Source: a virus
Lineage: Duplodnaviria; Heunggongvirae; Uroviricota; Caudoviricetes
Virus record (IMG/VR): IMGVR_UViG_3300017792_000001
Location: 213,602-277,601 of that record
Reading direction: 5' to 3' (one strand)
Length of the DNA stretch: 64,000 nt
In this document: piece after piece, positions 1 to 9,407 of the stretch
Numbering within the stretch: the first letter of the stretch is position 1
How the letters are laid out: every line of letters starts with the position of its first letter
Notes under the pieces: model-generated
The model's database searches: none
Told to the model about the DNA's origin: nothing
The model's input: the letters and a program-made list of their open reading frames with translations, nothing else
Position numbers and translations under genes: made by a program

Positions 1-63
1 TCCGAGCGCAGTGCGAACATATCGACGATGCCTGCGTTGATTCCATCCTCAGTGAACAAGGCC

Positions 64-438
64 ATGACTAAGCAAAGATTGACCAAGAAGCAGCAAACGG
101 CTTTGCGTCAAGCGAAGCTACAAGAACAGGCCGCACTCCAGAAGGCTTTGAAGCAGCGACCAAAGATCGACAACCGAGAGATATCGGTGAATGCCATACC
201 ACGTTATGATTACGAAGATCGAGTAGGCATCCGTAGCTTGCCCTCAGCGCCAGAAGCGCCGGAAGTATTGCACGCGAAGCCTGTCTACGAGAAAGGTTCT
301 GAGTTGGCTGTGAGGGAGCAGTTGGCTCAGGAAGAAAAGGACAGAAAGCGAAAACGCCTTGCCCCGCTGTACAACAAGGGCCCGGTGCAGTACATCACCG
401 ACGACGCCGACCCGAAAGAACTCGGTCGCAAACTCTGA
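64..438 (+). CDS. Conserved myovirus hypothetical protein
   Basis: C-terminal LAPLYNKGPVQYI resembles the APxYNKGxxQ motif of small T4-like phage proteins; start at 64 or 28. Confidence 0.65.
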   Translation: MTKQRLTKKQQTALRQAKLQEQAALQKALKQRPKIDNREISVNAIPRYDYEDRVGIRSLPSAPEAPEVLHAKPVYEKGSELAVREQLAQEEKDRKRKRLAPLYNKGPVQYITDDADPKELGRKL

Positions 439-447
439 GAGGCAAAC

Positions 448-1311
448 ATGAACGCCATCATCCGCAGTAACGAGCACTTGATGCCCGCGCTGACCTTCGC
501 AAACAAACAGATCGACCAATTCGGTGCGCGCAAGCGGCTTACCTTCTCCGAACTGGCGCTGATCGTGGAAGCGATCTACACCATGTGCAACCTCAGCGGC
601 AGCCTCGTGCTGTCGTATGCGTTGCTCTCCCGTGCCAAGTGCCTGGTGCTGGACGAACACGGTTACTTCACGCTGCATGACGTGAACGACACCAAGTTCG
701 ACCACATCATCCCAAACTTCTTGCGTGACCTGCCGTTCTACATGGACAACAAGGTCAAGTACGAGCAGCTTGACACGTTCGTTCCCCTATTCACGCTTGG
801 CCTTGGCGCAAACACCGTTGTGTTGAAGAACACGATCTGGGTACGCAGCCGCGAGCGTAACGATATTCACCTGCCGATTCTCCTGGGGAGTCAGATGGTG
901 GATGCTTCACAAGTGGATAACAAGCACGCCAGCGTTGTGGTGCCGATTGTTCACTTGGTCAAAGATGCGCCTGTTTGTTCCTTGTTGCAACTTCCTGCTG
1001 CGACGTTCGACAAGGTGTACGCATCGACGGTACGGGCACAGCGCACAAGCCATAGCGGCTTCGCGTTGAGTCTGCGTAAAGCGAGTGGCCGCCACAGCCA
1101 TCCGGATGTGTTTATCAAACCTCTGGATCAACGACTGTCGCGGGACAATGTGCATAACGTTGTCGGTCAGTTCTGGCCAAACTATGAGGCATATGCCAAG
1201 AAGATTGCGGCGCAGAATGCAAACATGCCCAAGCATGTGATCGAAGCGGTGACGCACACGCTGATCAACACTCAAAAGAAGCCGGGCGAGTTGTCTGCGC
1301 TGATCTTTTGA
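448..1311 (+). CDS. Hypothetical protein
   Basis: 287-aa ORF, GAGG RBS, phage-like codon usage. Confidence 0.75.
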   Translation: MNAIIRSNEHLMPALTFANKQIDQFGARKRLTFSELALIVEAIYTMCNLSGSLVLSYALLSRAKCLVLDEHGYFTLHDVNDTKFDHIIPNFLRDLPFYMDNKVKYEQLDTFVPLFTLGLGANTVVLKNTIWVRSRERNDIHLPILLGSQMVDASQVDNKHASVVVPIVHLVKDAPVCSLLQLPAATFDKVYASTVRAQRTSHSGFALSLRKASGRHSHPDVFIKPLDQRLSRDNVHNVVGQFWPNYEAYAKKIAAQNANMPKHVIEAVTHTLINTQKKPGELSALIF

Positions 1312-1317
1312 CTACCA

Positions 1318-1366
1318 CTTGTGCTCATTTAGCAGCATGTGATATGATGCCGTCGTGAGCGACAAG
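1318..1366 (+). promoter_or_regulatory. Sigma70-like extended -10 promoter inside an inverted repeat
   Basis: TTGTGC (1319)-18 nt-TATGAT (1343) with TG at 1340; arms CTTGTGCTCA / TGAGCGACAAG. Confidence 0.5.
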
Positions 1367-1422
1367 CAGCTTCAAACATAATGGTTCTAAACTTAGATCA
1401 GGTTAATTGAGGAAGTACGAAA

Positions 1423-2787
1423 ATGGCTATCGACAAAGCGACGTTGAAAGAAATGGTTGGCAAGCGTATCACCATCGACGGTACCAAACACCGTGTGGAA
1501 AAAGTGGTCATGAAGACCGGCCTGATCGTCACACGCGATGGCGCAGAGGCTCTGGCGGAGGGCGTCTACAAGAAAGGTCCTGGGTTCTTCTATGACTCGC
1601 CGAAGGGCAGCAAGAAGAAGGCTGCAGCCGCTGCCGAACCCGTGAAAGAAACTGCGCGTGCTCGCCGTGCCCGTGAGAAGGCAGAGGCTGAGCCAGTAGA
1701 GACAGCCCGCGAGAAACGTGCGCGTCTCAAGCGTGAAGCCGAGGAAGAGGAGGAACCAGCCAAGCCTGCGCGTGCTCGCCGTCGTTCCTCTGACAAGACT
1801 CCTGGCGCCAAGGGTGACGGTGCCAAAGTCCCTGGCAAGAAAAAGAAATTGTTTGAAGCGTTCACCCAGGCCATTGCCGAGCGTGTCAGTCAAGAGTCCT
1901 ACGATCTGCTGGCCGAAGCGTACGGTGATCGTGGTGACTACGCCATCACGCCTGTTGCTGTCGGCGCCGCGTTCGACAATGACGCGCTCAAAATCACCAT
2001 CACCGTGATGTCGGCGGGCAAGTCGGCGAAGGAAATCAAAGCCTACATCCGCGACCATCGCGAGGCTACAGACATCGCCAGTGACGACGAGGAAGATGAT
2101 GACCTCGACGATGATGATCTGGAAGACGATGACAGCGAAGACGAGGACCTGGAGGATGACGACAGCCTCGAAGACGAGGAAGATGACGAGGAGGACGATG
2201 ATGACTCCGAAGACGCCTTCGAGGCTGCGTTGAACGAACTCTCCTTGAAGGATCTGCGCAAGATCGCCAAGGACATGGAAATCGACGACTACAAGGACTT
2301 CTCCAAGGAAGACCTGGCACAAGAACTGTCCGAGTACGAAGAATCGGATGTCCGTGAATCGGCAGCCACTGCCGGCGTAACACTTGGCGATGGCGACGAG
2401 GAAGACGATGATGCAGAAGATGACGATGACGATGGATCGGAAGACGATGCCGACGACGAAGAACAGGAAGAAGCGGCTACTGTCGAAGACCTGGTGGGCG
2501 AGGTACTGGAAGTAGCACCAGACCTGAAAGCCAAGTCGGTCACCAAGTTTGTTGAAGCGTTCCTCGCCAACGACGAGTGCCAAGAGAAGTTTGACGGCGA
2601 ACTCGTACCTGGCCGTACCCAGCTGCAAGAGAAGGGCAACAAGGGCCCTGAAATGTTGCTGCTCGGTTACGACGAAGCCAACGAAGTGATCAAGCTGCTG
2701 AACATCAGCACCGGCAAGACTCGCAGCAAGACCATCAGCGAAGTCGTCCACATGGAAATCCTGGAAGCGGCTGACGACGCCGAGTAA
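1423..2787 (+). CDS. Multidomain acidic protein with Rho-N/HeH-like nucleic-acid-binding motif
   Basis: Basic K/R/A linker, two D/E tracts flanking LNELSLKDLRKIAKDMEIDDYKDFSKEDL; GAGG RBS. Confidence 0.75.
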   Translation: MAIDKATLKEMVGKRITIDGTKHRVEKVVMKTGLIVTRDGAEALAEGVYKKGPGFFYDSPKGSKKKAAAAAEPVKETARARRAREKAEAEPVETAREKRARLKREAEEEEEPAKPARARRRSSDKTPGAKGDGAKVPGKKKKLFEAFTQAIAERVSQESYDLLAEAYGDRGDYAITPVAVGAAFDNDALKITITVMSAGKSAKEIKAYIRDHREATDIASDDEEDDDLDDDDLEDDDSEDEDLEDDDSLEDEEDDEEDDDDSEDAFEAALNELSLKDLRKIAKDMEIDDYKDFSKEDLAQELSEYEESDVRESAATAGVTLGDGDEEDDDAEDDDDDGSEDDADDEEQEEAATVEDLVGEVLEVAPDLKAKSVTKFVEAFLANDECQEKFDGELVPGRTQLQEKGNKGPEMLLLGYDEANEVIKLLNISTGKTRSKTISEVVHMEILEAADDAE

Positions 2788-2794
2788 CACCACC

Positions 2795-2810
2795 GGGGCC
2801 TCCGGGCCCC
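2795..2810 (+). terminator. GC hairpin (cUCCGg loop), no U-tract; terminator or mRNA-stabilising stem
   Basis: GGGGCC-TCCG-GGCCCC just after stop. Confidence 0.45.
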
Positions 2811-2843
2811 AACCCCTACGAACATGATGCCGAGATAACTACC

Positions 2844-3317
2844 ATGCTTGATTCAATTGCTGAGCTTTTCCGTTTAGCGACGTTCTTTCCGAAACTGACG
2901 GGCCTACGCAAACACGTAGAGCCAAACACTGGTGATTGCACCAACATCGAGTCGATCGGCATCGTCGTGCGTTCTGTAAATGTAGAGTTCGTTCGCTATA
3001 AACAATGTGGTGATCCGCAGGTGCTGGTTATGATTCACAGCACCGAACGTGGTTCTGCCATGTTCATGTGCAACAGCAAGATTCTGGCTGACAGCGAACA
3101 GGCAGGCAAACTCCTGTACAAGCTGATCGACTCGGATCTAAAGGATCTGGTGGACGAAGCCAACGATAAGGTGTTTCGTGAAGGCATGCGTCAATTGGAG
3201 CTAAACAGCGCCATCCGCCGTGCCACGCCTGTAGTGAGTGACGCTCAGGCTGACGACTTCATCAACAAAACTTCCGACGGTGAGTTTGCCACCGTATCCG
3301 AATTCTATAAAGGCTGA
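2844..3317 (+). CDS. Hypothetical protein
   Basis: 157-aa ORF in co-oriented run. Confidence 0.7.
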   Translation: MLDSIAELFRLATFFPKLTGLRKHVEPNTGDCTNIESIGIVVRSVNVEFVRYKQCGDPQVLVMIHSTERGSAMFMCNSKILADSEQAGKLLYKLIDSDLKDLVDEANDKVFREGMRQLELNSAIRRATPVVSDAQADDFINKTSDGEFATVSEFYKG

Positions 3318-3322
3318 TTGTC

Positions 3323-3670
3323 ATGAGTGAGTCTCTGCAAGTAATCCTAGCTGACTTCATTGGTGACGATGAAATCAACTGCTCCGTATTTCCCGAGGAC
3401 CAATTCGGCCTGCCTGAAGTTGACGGCAAGATCACCGAAGAAGCTCTCACCGTGCTGGGCGAGTTTAACCTGCTCGCGGCTGATCGCAACGTCGTTGCCA
3501 TCCCTTGCGCCATTCAAGGCGTAACCGGTGTGTTCATGGCTAAGCTGGATGTGGAGCTGTCCGACAACGACTTGCAGGTATATGCGATGTTTGCAGAGCC
3601 TGTGATCGCAGGCAACCACGTCGAGGCACTCAACTGCCAACGCTTTATCGCCCTGCTGAAAAAAGTGTGA
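3323..3670 (+). CDS. Hypothetical protein
   Basis: 115-aa ORF tightly packed with neighbours. Confidence 0.7.
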   Translation: MSESLQVILADFIGDDEINCSVFPEDQFGLPEVDGKITEEALTVLGEFNLLAADRNVVAIPCAIQGVTGVFMAKLDVELSDNDLQVYAMFAEPVIAGNHVEALNCQRFIALLKKV

Positions 3671-3690
3671 ACAGTAAGCAGGAGGTGCCT

Positions 3691-5079
3691 ATGAAAGCAG
3701 AAGCATTACAAACCTGTCTGAATGACCTGTATGAGCGCAACTTTCTGGTGCGTACTACGGACAAGAAGGCTAACCACCTTGAATACGAAAAGCGGTTCGA
3801 TACCGTGTTCCATCATCGGTTCGTGTTCAAAGGTCGGCTGATCGACGAGGAGATTGACATCGTGCCTGCGCTGCCGAAAGCTGCACTCTCGGGTATTGTG
3901 CTGGGCGCCATCAATGGCAACCTCCCCGACATGGCAACCGTCGCTATGATGTACAGCGCCGGCTTTGCACTGCCGCACGATTTGGTCAAAGCAGAAGCAT
4001 GGGGCTGTTTCGCCTGTATGCAGCCAGCGCCAAACGCAACGTATGTGCAAGCCATAGCAAGTTTGAAAGCCGATCACAAGCAGGCACAAGCGCGAGCGCG
4101 TGACGAAATGATCTGGCCCGAGGAGTTCGAGGAAACAATCGAGACCGTCCTCACCAAATGCAATGCGTTGCGCCCGTACAAGAACCAGCCGCTCCCTCGT
4201 GGCGCACTGATCACACCACGCCTCGCTGGCGTGAAGATCAATCTGGTGTACCGCGCATACAAGATCGGCGACAAGTTCCACGCTCACCTGTACGGTGCGT
4301 TCATGCACATCGGCGGCAAGATCGTGTATACGTTGGATCAACTGCGCTATCTGGACATTCCGATTGAACTCGGCATGCACGGTCCGCGCAAGATCATCAA
4401 CAACTATACACCGTTTGGTGAGACTGCAAAGTTGTACGTGGTTCAAGGCACTCTGGTTGCGCCGAAGGGATTGCGTGAAGATATGCGCAAGCACTTCCCT
4501 GACGTGCGAACTGTGAAAGACTTGTTAGACCACTATATGGCAAGCCTGAAGCGCGTTCGTATTGACGACTTCGGGTTTGTTATTGCGGACCTGCGAGAGA
4601 AGCTGCGTGAGTGTACGTCGCGCCTTGCACGGTACGCTGGCAAGAAGAAGTATGCTGATGAATACAGCAAACTCCAAAAGCGTAAAGCCAAGTTAGAAAA
4701 GCGCATCGAGAACGAGTCTGCCGAGTTGGAAGCGGCAAGGGCGGAATATGTAAAGACACTGCCTGAGCACTACGTTCGATTCGTGGCGACTGGAATGTTT
4801 GTATACCAGAACGGCAAGCTGATGGGCCCGCAAGTGCGTATCCGTACTCCCGTTCACCTGCAATCGCTGGGTTTCCGAACCCTGTATCATCCAGTCGTTG
4901 AGTTTGTTGGCTATGAAGTCGAGAAGGATGGGTCACTATCTGGATTTGATAATATCATCGCCAAGTTTGAATCAGCATTCGATGACCAGTACACCGTGAC
5001 AGGTTTGACTATCAGACCTGGTGCGCAAAGTGTAAACATTAACCGTTGCTACTCGTATACGAAGTCAAAAGGAGAATAA
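3691..5079 (+). CDS. Degenerate NAD+-dependent DNA ligase adenylation-domain homologue (probably inactive)
   Basis: TPRLAGVKINLVY ~ motif I (KxDG), YVVQGTLVAPK ~ motif III, LQSLGF, YTVTGLTIR ~ motif IV; GGAGG RBS before ATG 3691. Confidence 0.55.
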   Translation: MKAEALQTCLNDLYERNFLVRTTDKKANHLEYEKRFDTVFHHRFVFKGRLIDEEIDIVPALPKAALSGIVLGAINGNLPDMATVAMMYSAGFALPHDLVKAEAWGCFACMQPAPNATYVQAIASLKADHKQAQARARDEMIWPEEFEETIETVLTKCNALRPYKNQPLPRGALITPRLAGVKINLVYRAYKIGDKFHAHLYGAFMHIGGKIVYTLDQLRYLDIPIELGMHGPRKIINNYTPFGETAKLYVVQGTLVAPKGLREDMRKHFPDVRTVKDLLDHYMASLKRVRIDDFGFVIADLREKLRECTSRLARYAGKKKYADEYSKLQKRKAKLEKRIENESAELEAARAEYVKTLPEHYVRFVATGMFVYQNGKLMGPQVRIRTPVHLQSLGFRTLYHPVVEFVGYEVEKDGSLSGFDNIIAKFESAFDDQYTVTGLTIRPGAQSVNINRCYSYTKSKGE

Positions 5080-5082
5080 CCC

Positions 5083-6138
5083 ATGACCACTATCGCCTCC
5101 GAAGCTGATCGCCTCGCCCAACAAATCGTGAGCGAGCAAGACAGCACCGAGCCCCTGACCGCAGTTGCTACTGCCGCTACCCGCGCCGACCTGGGCGAAA
5201 TCAACATCCCGGACGTCGATGACGGTGTTGACAGCGAAGACGAGTTCCAACCACGACTGCTGAGCCAAATGCTTTCGCAAGCTGCTGGTGAAGTCGGCAT
5301 GGTTCGTCTGAGCATCAAGCCGAACCTCGCATTCGTGCTGAACCTGTTCAACGACCAGATCCACGAAGAACTGGTTACCGTCGGCAACTTCGAGAACGAG
5401 GGTGATTCGTTCAACATCATCCAGCCGCTCGCGAAGAAGAACGAGCGCTCCGGCCGCGTCGGCGTGCTGCGTGAACCGATGCGTGAGTTCGTCAAGGTGT
5501 TGAACACCATGCTCGACTACACCGACACCATCGTGACCAGCCCTGAATCGGGTACCACGATCGTCGATGCGCTGGTGACTGAATTCACCACCCTGGCCGA
5601 GAACACCCTGTTTGCAAACTTCCCGCTGATCGACGGCCGCCGTGCAATTCCTGTGCTGTCCGGCGACGAAGAAGCTCCGGGCTACCTGCTCGACGTGAAC
5701 CACTTCCTGCGCGTTCACACCCTGATCGAAGCGCAGCAAGACGTTGCCGAAACCGGCCTGGTTACCGACGTTACGGTAACTGTGAAATTCGTTGTACATC
5801 TGCGCGTTCCGTTGTTGCTGCGTGAATCGAGCGACAAGTTCGAGAAGACCCTGAAGGGCCACTTCAAGTACCTGGAAAACGCTGGCACCAAAGCTGGTAT
5901 CCCGACCACGATCTACGCTGGCTTCAACTCTACCGACCTGGCAGCGCCTGCGGTCGTCAACGCTCTCAACTGGATTCGCGAAACCGATCCAGGCATGGAA
6001 GTGCTGTCGTACCGCAATGCTGATCAAGGCGGTGATTTCCTGGGCGTCCCGGGCTTTGAGTCCGAAGACTACGCCGACACCCTGTTCAACGGCGGCGATT
6101 TCATCGTCGCTTTCAATCTCGAAAATGAAGGTGAGTAA
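5083..6138 (+). CDS. Hypothetical acidic protein
   Basis: 351-aa ORF, AAGGAG RBS, strong codon bias. Confidence 0.8.
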   Translation: MTTIASEADRLAQQIVSEQDSTEPLTAVATAATRADLGEINIPDVDDGVDSEDEFQPRLLSQMLSQAAGEVGMVRLSIKPNLAFVLNLFNDQIHEELVTVGNFENEGDSFNIIQPLAKKNERSGRVGVLREPMREFVKVLNTMLDYTDTIVTSPESGTTIVDALVTEFTTLAENTLFANFPLIDGRRAIPVLSGDEEAPGYLLDVNHFLRVHTLIEAQQDVAETGLVTDVTVTVKFVVHLRVPLLLRESSDKFEKTLKGHFKYLENAGTKAGIPTTIYAGFNSTDLAAPAVVNALNWIRETDPGMEVLSYRNADQGGDFLGVPGFESEDYADTLFNGGDFIVAFNLENEGE

Positions 6139-6143
6139 GTAAC

Positions 6144-6746
6144 ATGGCTAAGAAAGAAAAAGCTGCCAAAGGCGATAAGAAAGTTCGCAACACTGCGAAT
6201 CGCCTGACCCGTGCCGACAAGATCGAAAAGCGCCTGCGTGGCGTCAGCGCCAAGACCTCGTTCAAATCGAAGTCTGCTCTGTTCACCTTCCGTGTTTTCC
6301 GCCTGGCCCCGGTTGCTGTTCACGGCTTCATCCTCGCCGAAAACGCCGACAGCATCCTGCTGCGTCACAAGCGCACCAACGCTTCGAAGCGCATGGTCGT
6401 GAGCCGCATCAGCCACAGCGACATCATCGAGCTTTACGGCACCGTCGGTGAAACTTCCAGCGCGCTGGTCGTGAAAGAAACCCAGATCCACGAAGTCGTC
6501 GGCAAGATCGTCGAAGACAAGGGCGGTGTTATCACCATCCAGACCGCATCCGGCGAAACTGTGAAGTTGTTCCAGAACGCACAGTCGCGCATCGAAGTCT
6601 CCGTTGAAGACGAAGGCGGCAGCGAAGAAGGCGGCGGCAAGAAGTCCAAGAAGTCGAAGGCCGACAAGCCTGAGAAGTCTGGCAAGAAAAAGAAGAAGGC
6701 CAAGCCTGCGGAAGATGATGACGAAGACGACGACCTCGACGACTGA
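6144..6746 (+). CDS. Hypothetical protein, beta-rich core with K-block/D-block tail
   Basis: Ends GKKKKKAKPAEDDDEDDDLDD. Confidence 0.8.
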   Translation: MAKKEKAAKGDKKVRNTANRLTRADKIEKRLRGVSAKTSFKSKSALFTFRVFRLAPVAVHGFILAENADSILLRHKRTNASKRMVVSRISHSDIIELYGTVGETSSALVVKETQIHEVVGKIVEDKGGVITIQTASGETVKLFQNAQSRIEVSVEDEGGSEEGGGKKSKKSKADKPEKSGKKKKKAKPAEDDDEDDDLDD

Positions 6747-6764
6747 TCATCCGGCCTGGTAACT

Positions 6765-6801
6765 GTAAACTGCTAACACACAGTACACGTTAGCAGTTTA
6801 C
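6765..6801. repeat. Perfect 13-bp inverted repeat with 11-nt spacer
   Basis: GTAAACTGCTAAC ... GTTAGCAGTTTAC. Confidence 0.9.
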
Positions 6802-6861
6802 TGCGGTAAGTGTAAAATCAATTCGTATTAGTTCACAACTCAAACAAGTGGAGATTCACAC

Positions 6862-7380
6862 ATGGCTAAGGCAAAAGCAAGCGCGAAGAAGAAAGTCGGC
6901 AAGAAAGGTAGCAAGAAGGACCTGCCGAAGTTCGACCTGACCGGTATGCTCGCCGTTACCCTGCTGTCCTGGCTGCAACAGCTTCAGGAAGCGGGCGCTG
7001 AAACCATCGAAGACGCTATCGACCTGGTCGGTGAAGGCGTCCCGGACACCGACGTCGATGATGACGCGGACGAAGACGACGACGCCGATGAAGATGACGG
7101 CGACGACGAAGATGACGAAGAAGAGGAGGACGACGAGGAAGACGACGACTCCGACGAAGATGACGACGACGAGGACGATGAGGACTCGGACGACGACGAA
7201 GATGATGACGAAGACGACGAGGAGGAAGATGATGACTCCGAAGACGACGACGATGACGAGGACGATGAAGAGGAGGACGACGAGGAAGACGACGACTCCG
7301 ATGATGACGATGATGAAGAAGAGGAAGATGACGACGACGAGGATGATGAAGACGACGAAGACGAAGAAGACTTCGACTGA
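6862..7380 (+). CDS. Poly-acidic (D/E) low-complexity protein
   Basis: Short basic N-terminus, small helical segment, then about 110 residues almost only D/E; GGAG RBS. Confidence 0.8.
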   Translation: MAKAKASAKKKVGKKGSKKDLPKFDLTGMLAVTLLSWLQQLQEAGAETIEDAIDLVGEGVPDTDVDDDADEDDDADEDDGDDEDDEEEEDDEEDDDSDEDDDDEDDEDSDDDEDDDEDDEEEDDDSEDDDDDEDDEEEDDEEDDDSDDDDDEEEEDDDDEDDEDDEDEEDFD

Positions 7381-7578
7381 TTCCTGATCCCCGGTCGGCG
7401 CGTGGGCTAGGTTGCGACTGAGCGCCCACACTCGATTCATCATGCTGCATCCAGGAGGTGAGAGTTGAGTTTGCCTCCTGTCACAAAAGTTTGAGCATCA
7501 TAATTCTTTAGCTGCTCTAAAAGTCTGGCGACACATTGAAGCTGCCGCCGCTTACCACTCAAACAGGAATACCGAACA

Positions 7579-8184
7579 ATGGCTAAGTCCGACGTTACCA
7601 TCAACAAGAAATCCGAACTGGGTCGCCTGCGCAAAGAAGAACGCGCGCTGAAAGGCACCGTTGGCCAACTGGAAAAAGCGCTCAAGTCCGCGCAAGACGC
7701 GCTGAAAGGCGTTTCGACCCAGATCACCGCAGTAGACAAACTGTCCGCTGACGGCGCCCCGGCCAAGGCCGAGAAAGGCAGCAAGAAGTCCAAGAAAGCC
7801 GACAAAGCTGAAAAGCCGGCCAAGGGCGACAAGAAGTCGAAGAAAGCTGACAAGGCTGAAAAAGCCGAGAAGCCTTCCAAGAAGGACAAGAAAGCCAAGG
7901 CAGACAAAGCTGAAAAGCCTGCCAAAGAAGGCAAGAAGTCCAAGAAAGTGAAAGAAGAAAAGGCTGAAAAGCCGTCGAAGAAGGACAAGAAGGCCAAGGC
8001 TGAAAAAGCTGAAAAGCCTTCGAAAAAGGACAAGAAAGCAGCCAAGGCCGACAAAGCCGAAAAAGGCGGCAAGAAGTCCAAAGCTGAAAAGCCTGCCAAA
8101 GAAGGCAAGAAGTCCAAGAAAGAAGGCAAGAAGTCGAAAGCCAAAGACGATGACTTCGATGACTTCGACGACCTCGAAGACTGA
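7579..8184 (+). CDS. Histone H1-like Lys/Ala-rich protein
   Basis: N-terminal coiled coil, repeated KAEKPAK/KAEKPSKKDKK units, acidic tip DDFDDFDDLED. Confidence 0.75.
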   Translation: MAKSDVTINKKSELGRLRKEERALKGTVGQLEKALKSAQDALKGVSTQITAVDKLSADGAPAKAEKGSKKSKKADKAEKPAKGDKKSKKADKAEKAEKPSKKDKKAKADKAEKPAKEGKKSKKVKEEKAEKPSKKDKKAKAEKAEKPSKKDKKAAKADKAEKGGKKSKAEKPAKEGKKSKKEGKKSKAKDDDFDDFDDLED

Positions 8185-8238
8185 TCATTCTGCGGCATCG
8201 GCCAGGGGCTTCCCGGACTACGTCTGGGTAGCCTAAAG

Positions 8239-8279
8239 AAAGCGCGCCCAAAACTTAATTGTGAGTAGGCGCGCTTTTT
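8239..8279 (+). terminator. Rho-independent terminator
   Basis: AAAGCGCGCC ... GGCGCGCTTTTT. Confidence 0.65.
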
Positions 8280-8296
8280 CCGTTTTGGAGTCCGTC

Positions 8297-9058
8297 ATGA
8301 ATTGGAAACACTCGTTCTACGAACTATACGCAATGACCTTCGGTCAGGCGTTCACCATTGACGAAGCACACCGCTTGTTGAACGAGCACCGTGAAGATCG
8401 TCTATTCTCCATTGCCTCAGCGGGCGCCGAAAGCAAACGCGCACAGGCAAAAGTCATTGATGCCAAAATGAGTATCAACGACTACAATGCAGTCCCTCCC
8501 CGAGAAACGAAGTCCAACTTCCGGCGTTCAGAGGCATTCCTTCTGGAGACCGAGGCTCGTTTCATCATTGCGCGCCCATGTCTCGAAATGGCCCGTGCAG
8601 AACTCTCCTTCCTAGAATTGTTGATCAAGTACATCGACGACAACAAGCTGCGGATCCATGCGCGTGTTGAAGTCGGCTACCAGTACGTGCAAGAAATGGA
8701 GATTGCCTTCGACCTGCTCTGGCAGCTTTGCTACGACGGTGCTCACTCGGCGTTGATGCGCAACATCTTCGCACACCCGAAGGGTGAACAGTTGATCGAA
8801 ATCCGCAAGGAGTGGAAAGAGGCGCTGCCTACCCGTAAGGCCATCAGCGAGAGCCTTGCCAAGGTCTACAATCTGGCACCTGCGCAACTAGCCATTACTG
8901 TAAACGTATTCGAGAAGCTACAGAGTGCGATACAGTCCAATGAGTTGAACACGTACCGCATTGCGTCTGAAAAGGCCATGATCAAACTAGAGGAGACTGC
9001 ACTTGCTCAGTCATCAAGAAGTCCTGAAACAGGCCCTGGAGTTACGAGCGTCGATTGA
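8297..9058 (+). CDS. Hypothetical helical protein
   Basis: GGAG RBS before ATG 8297. Confidence 0.75.
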   Translation: MNWKHSFYELYAMTFGQAFTIDEAHRLLNEHREDRLFSIASAGAESKRAQAKVIDAKMSINDYNAVPPRETKSNFRRSEAFLLETEARFIIARPCLEMARAELSFLELLIKYIDDNKLRIHARVEVGYQYVQEMEIAFDLLWQLCYDGAHSALMRNIFAHPKGEQLIEIRKEWKEALPTRKAISESLAKVYNLAPAQLAITVNVFEKLQSAIQSNELNTYRIASEKAMIKLEETALAQSSRSPETGPGVTSVD

Positions 9059-9401
9059 CGACCTTCGCTCCTCGACGTACATCGTTGTCAACTTTACCGA
9101 CGACAACCAGACGCCGTATATGTTCATTGCGTCGTTTGATATGGACGCCATGGAGTATGCGTACAACGTCACCGATGCCAACTTCATCGAAATCAAAGGC
9201 ATCAGCCAGACCAGTCCAGAGACGATCGTGGCTTTCGGTGAGTTCATAAAGAACATGCGCGAATACATTGCTGGCGGGCCGCACCCGTACACCGACAAAC
9301 TCGCGGCACATCAACCGAATATCATCAACCCGATGGACGAACTGAAAAACACCCAGTTTGAATCCGACCGGGACGTTGACGATTCCGAAGCCCAGTTGTG
9401 A
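9003..9401 (+). CDS. Hypothetical protein
   Basis: GAGGAG RBS upstream of TTG start. Confidence 0.7.
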   Translation: MLSHQEVLKQALELRASIDDLRSSTYIVVNFTDDNQTPYMFIASFDMDAMEYAYNVTDANFIEIKGISQTSPETIVAFGEFIKNMREYIAGGPHPYTDKLAAHQPNIINPMDELKNTQFESDRDVDDSEAQL

Positions 9402-9407
9402 CGTAAC

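Noticed and set aside
7381-7578. tRNA genes here or at 27621-27720
   Set aside because: No cloverleaf, T-loop GTTCRA or acceptor stem found.
7040-8184. Tandem nucleotide repeats as a possible CRISPR array or satellite
   Set aside because: Repeats are in-frame, vary at third positions and have no repeat-spacer structure; they are protein low complexity.
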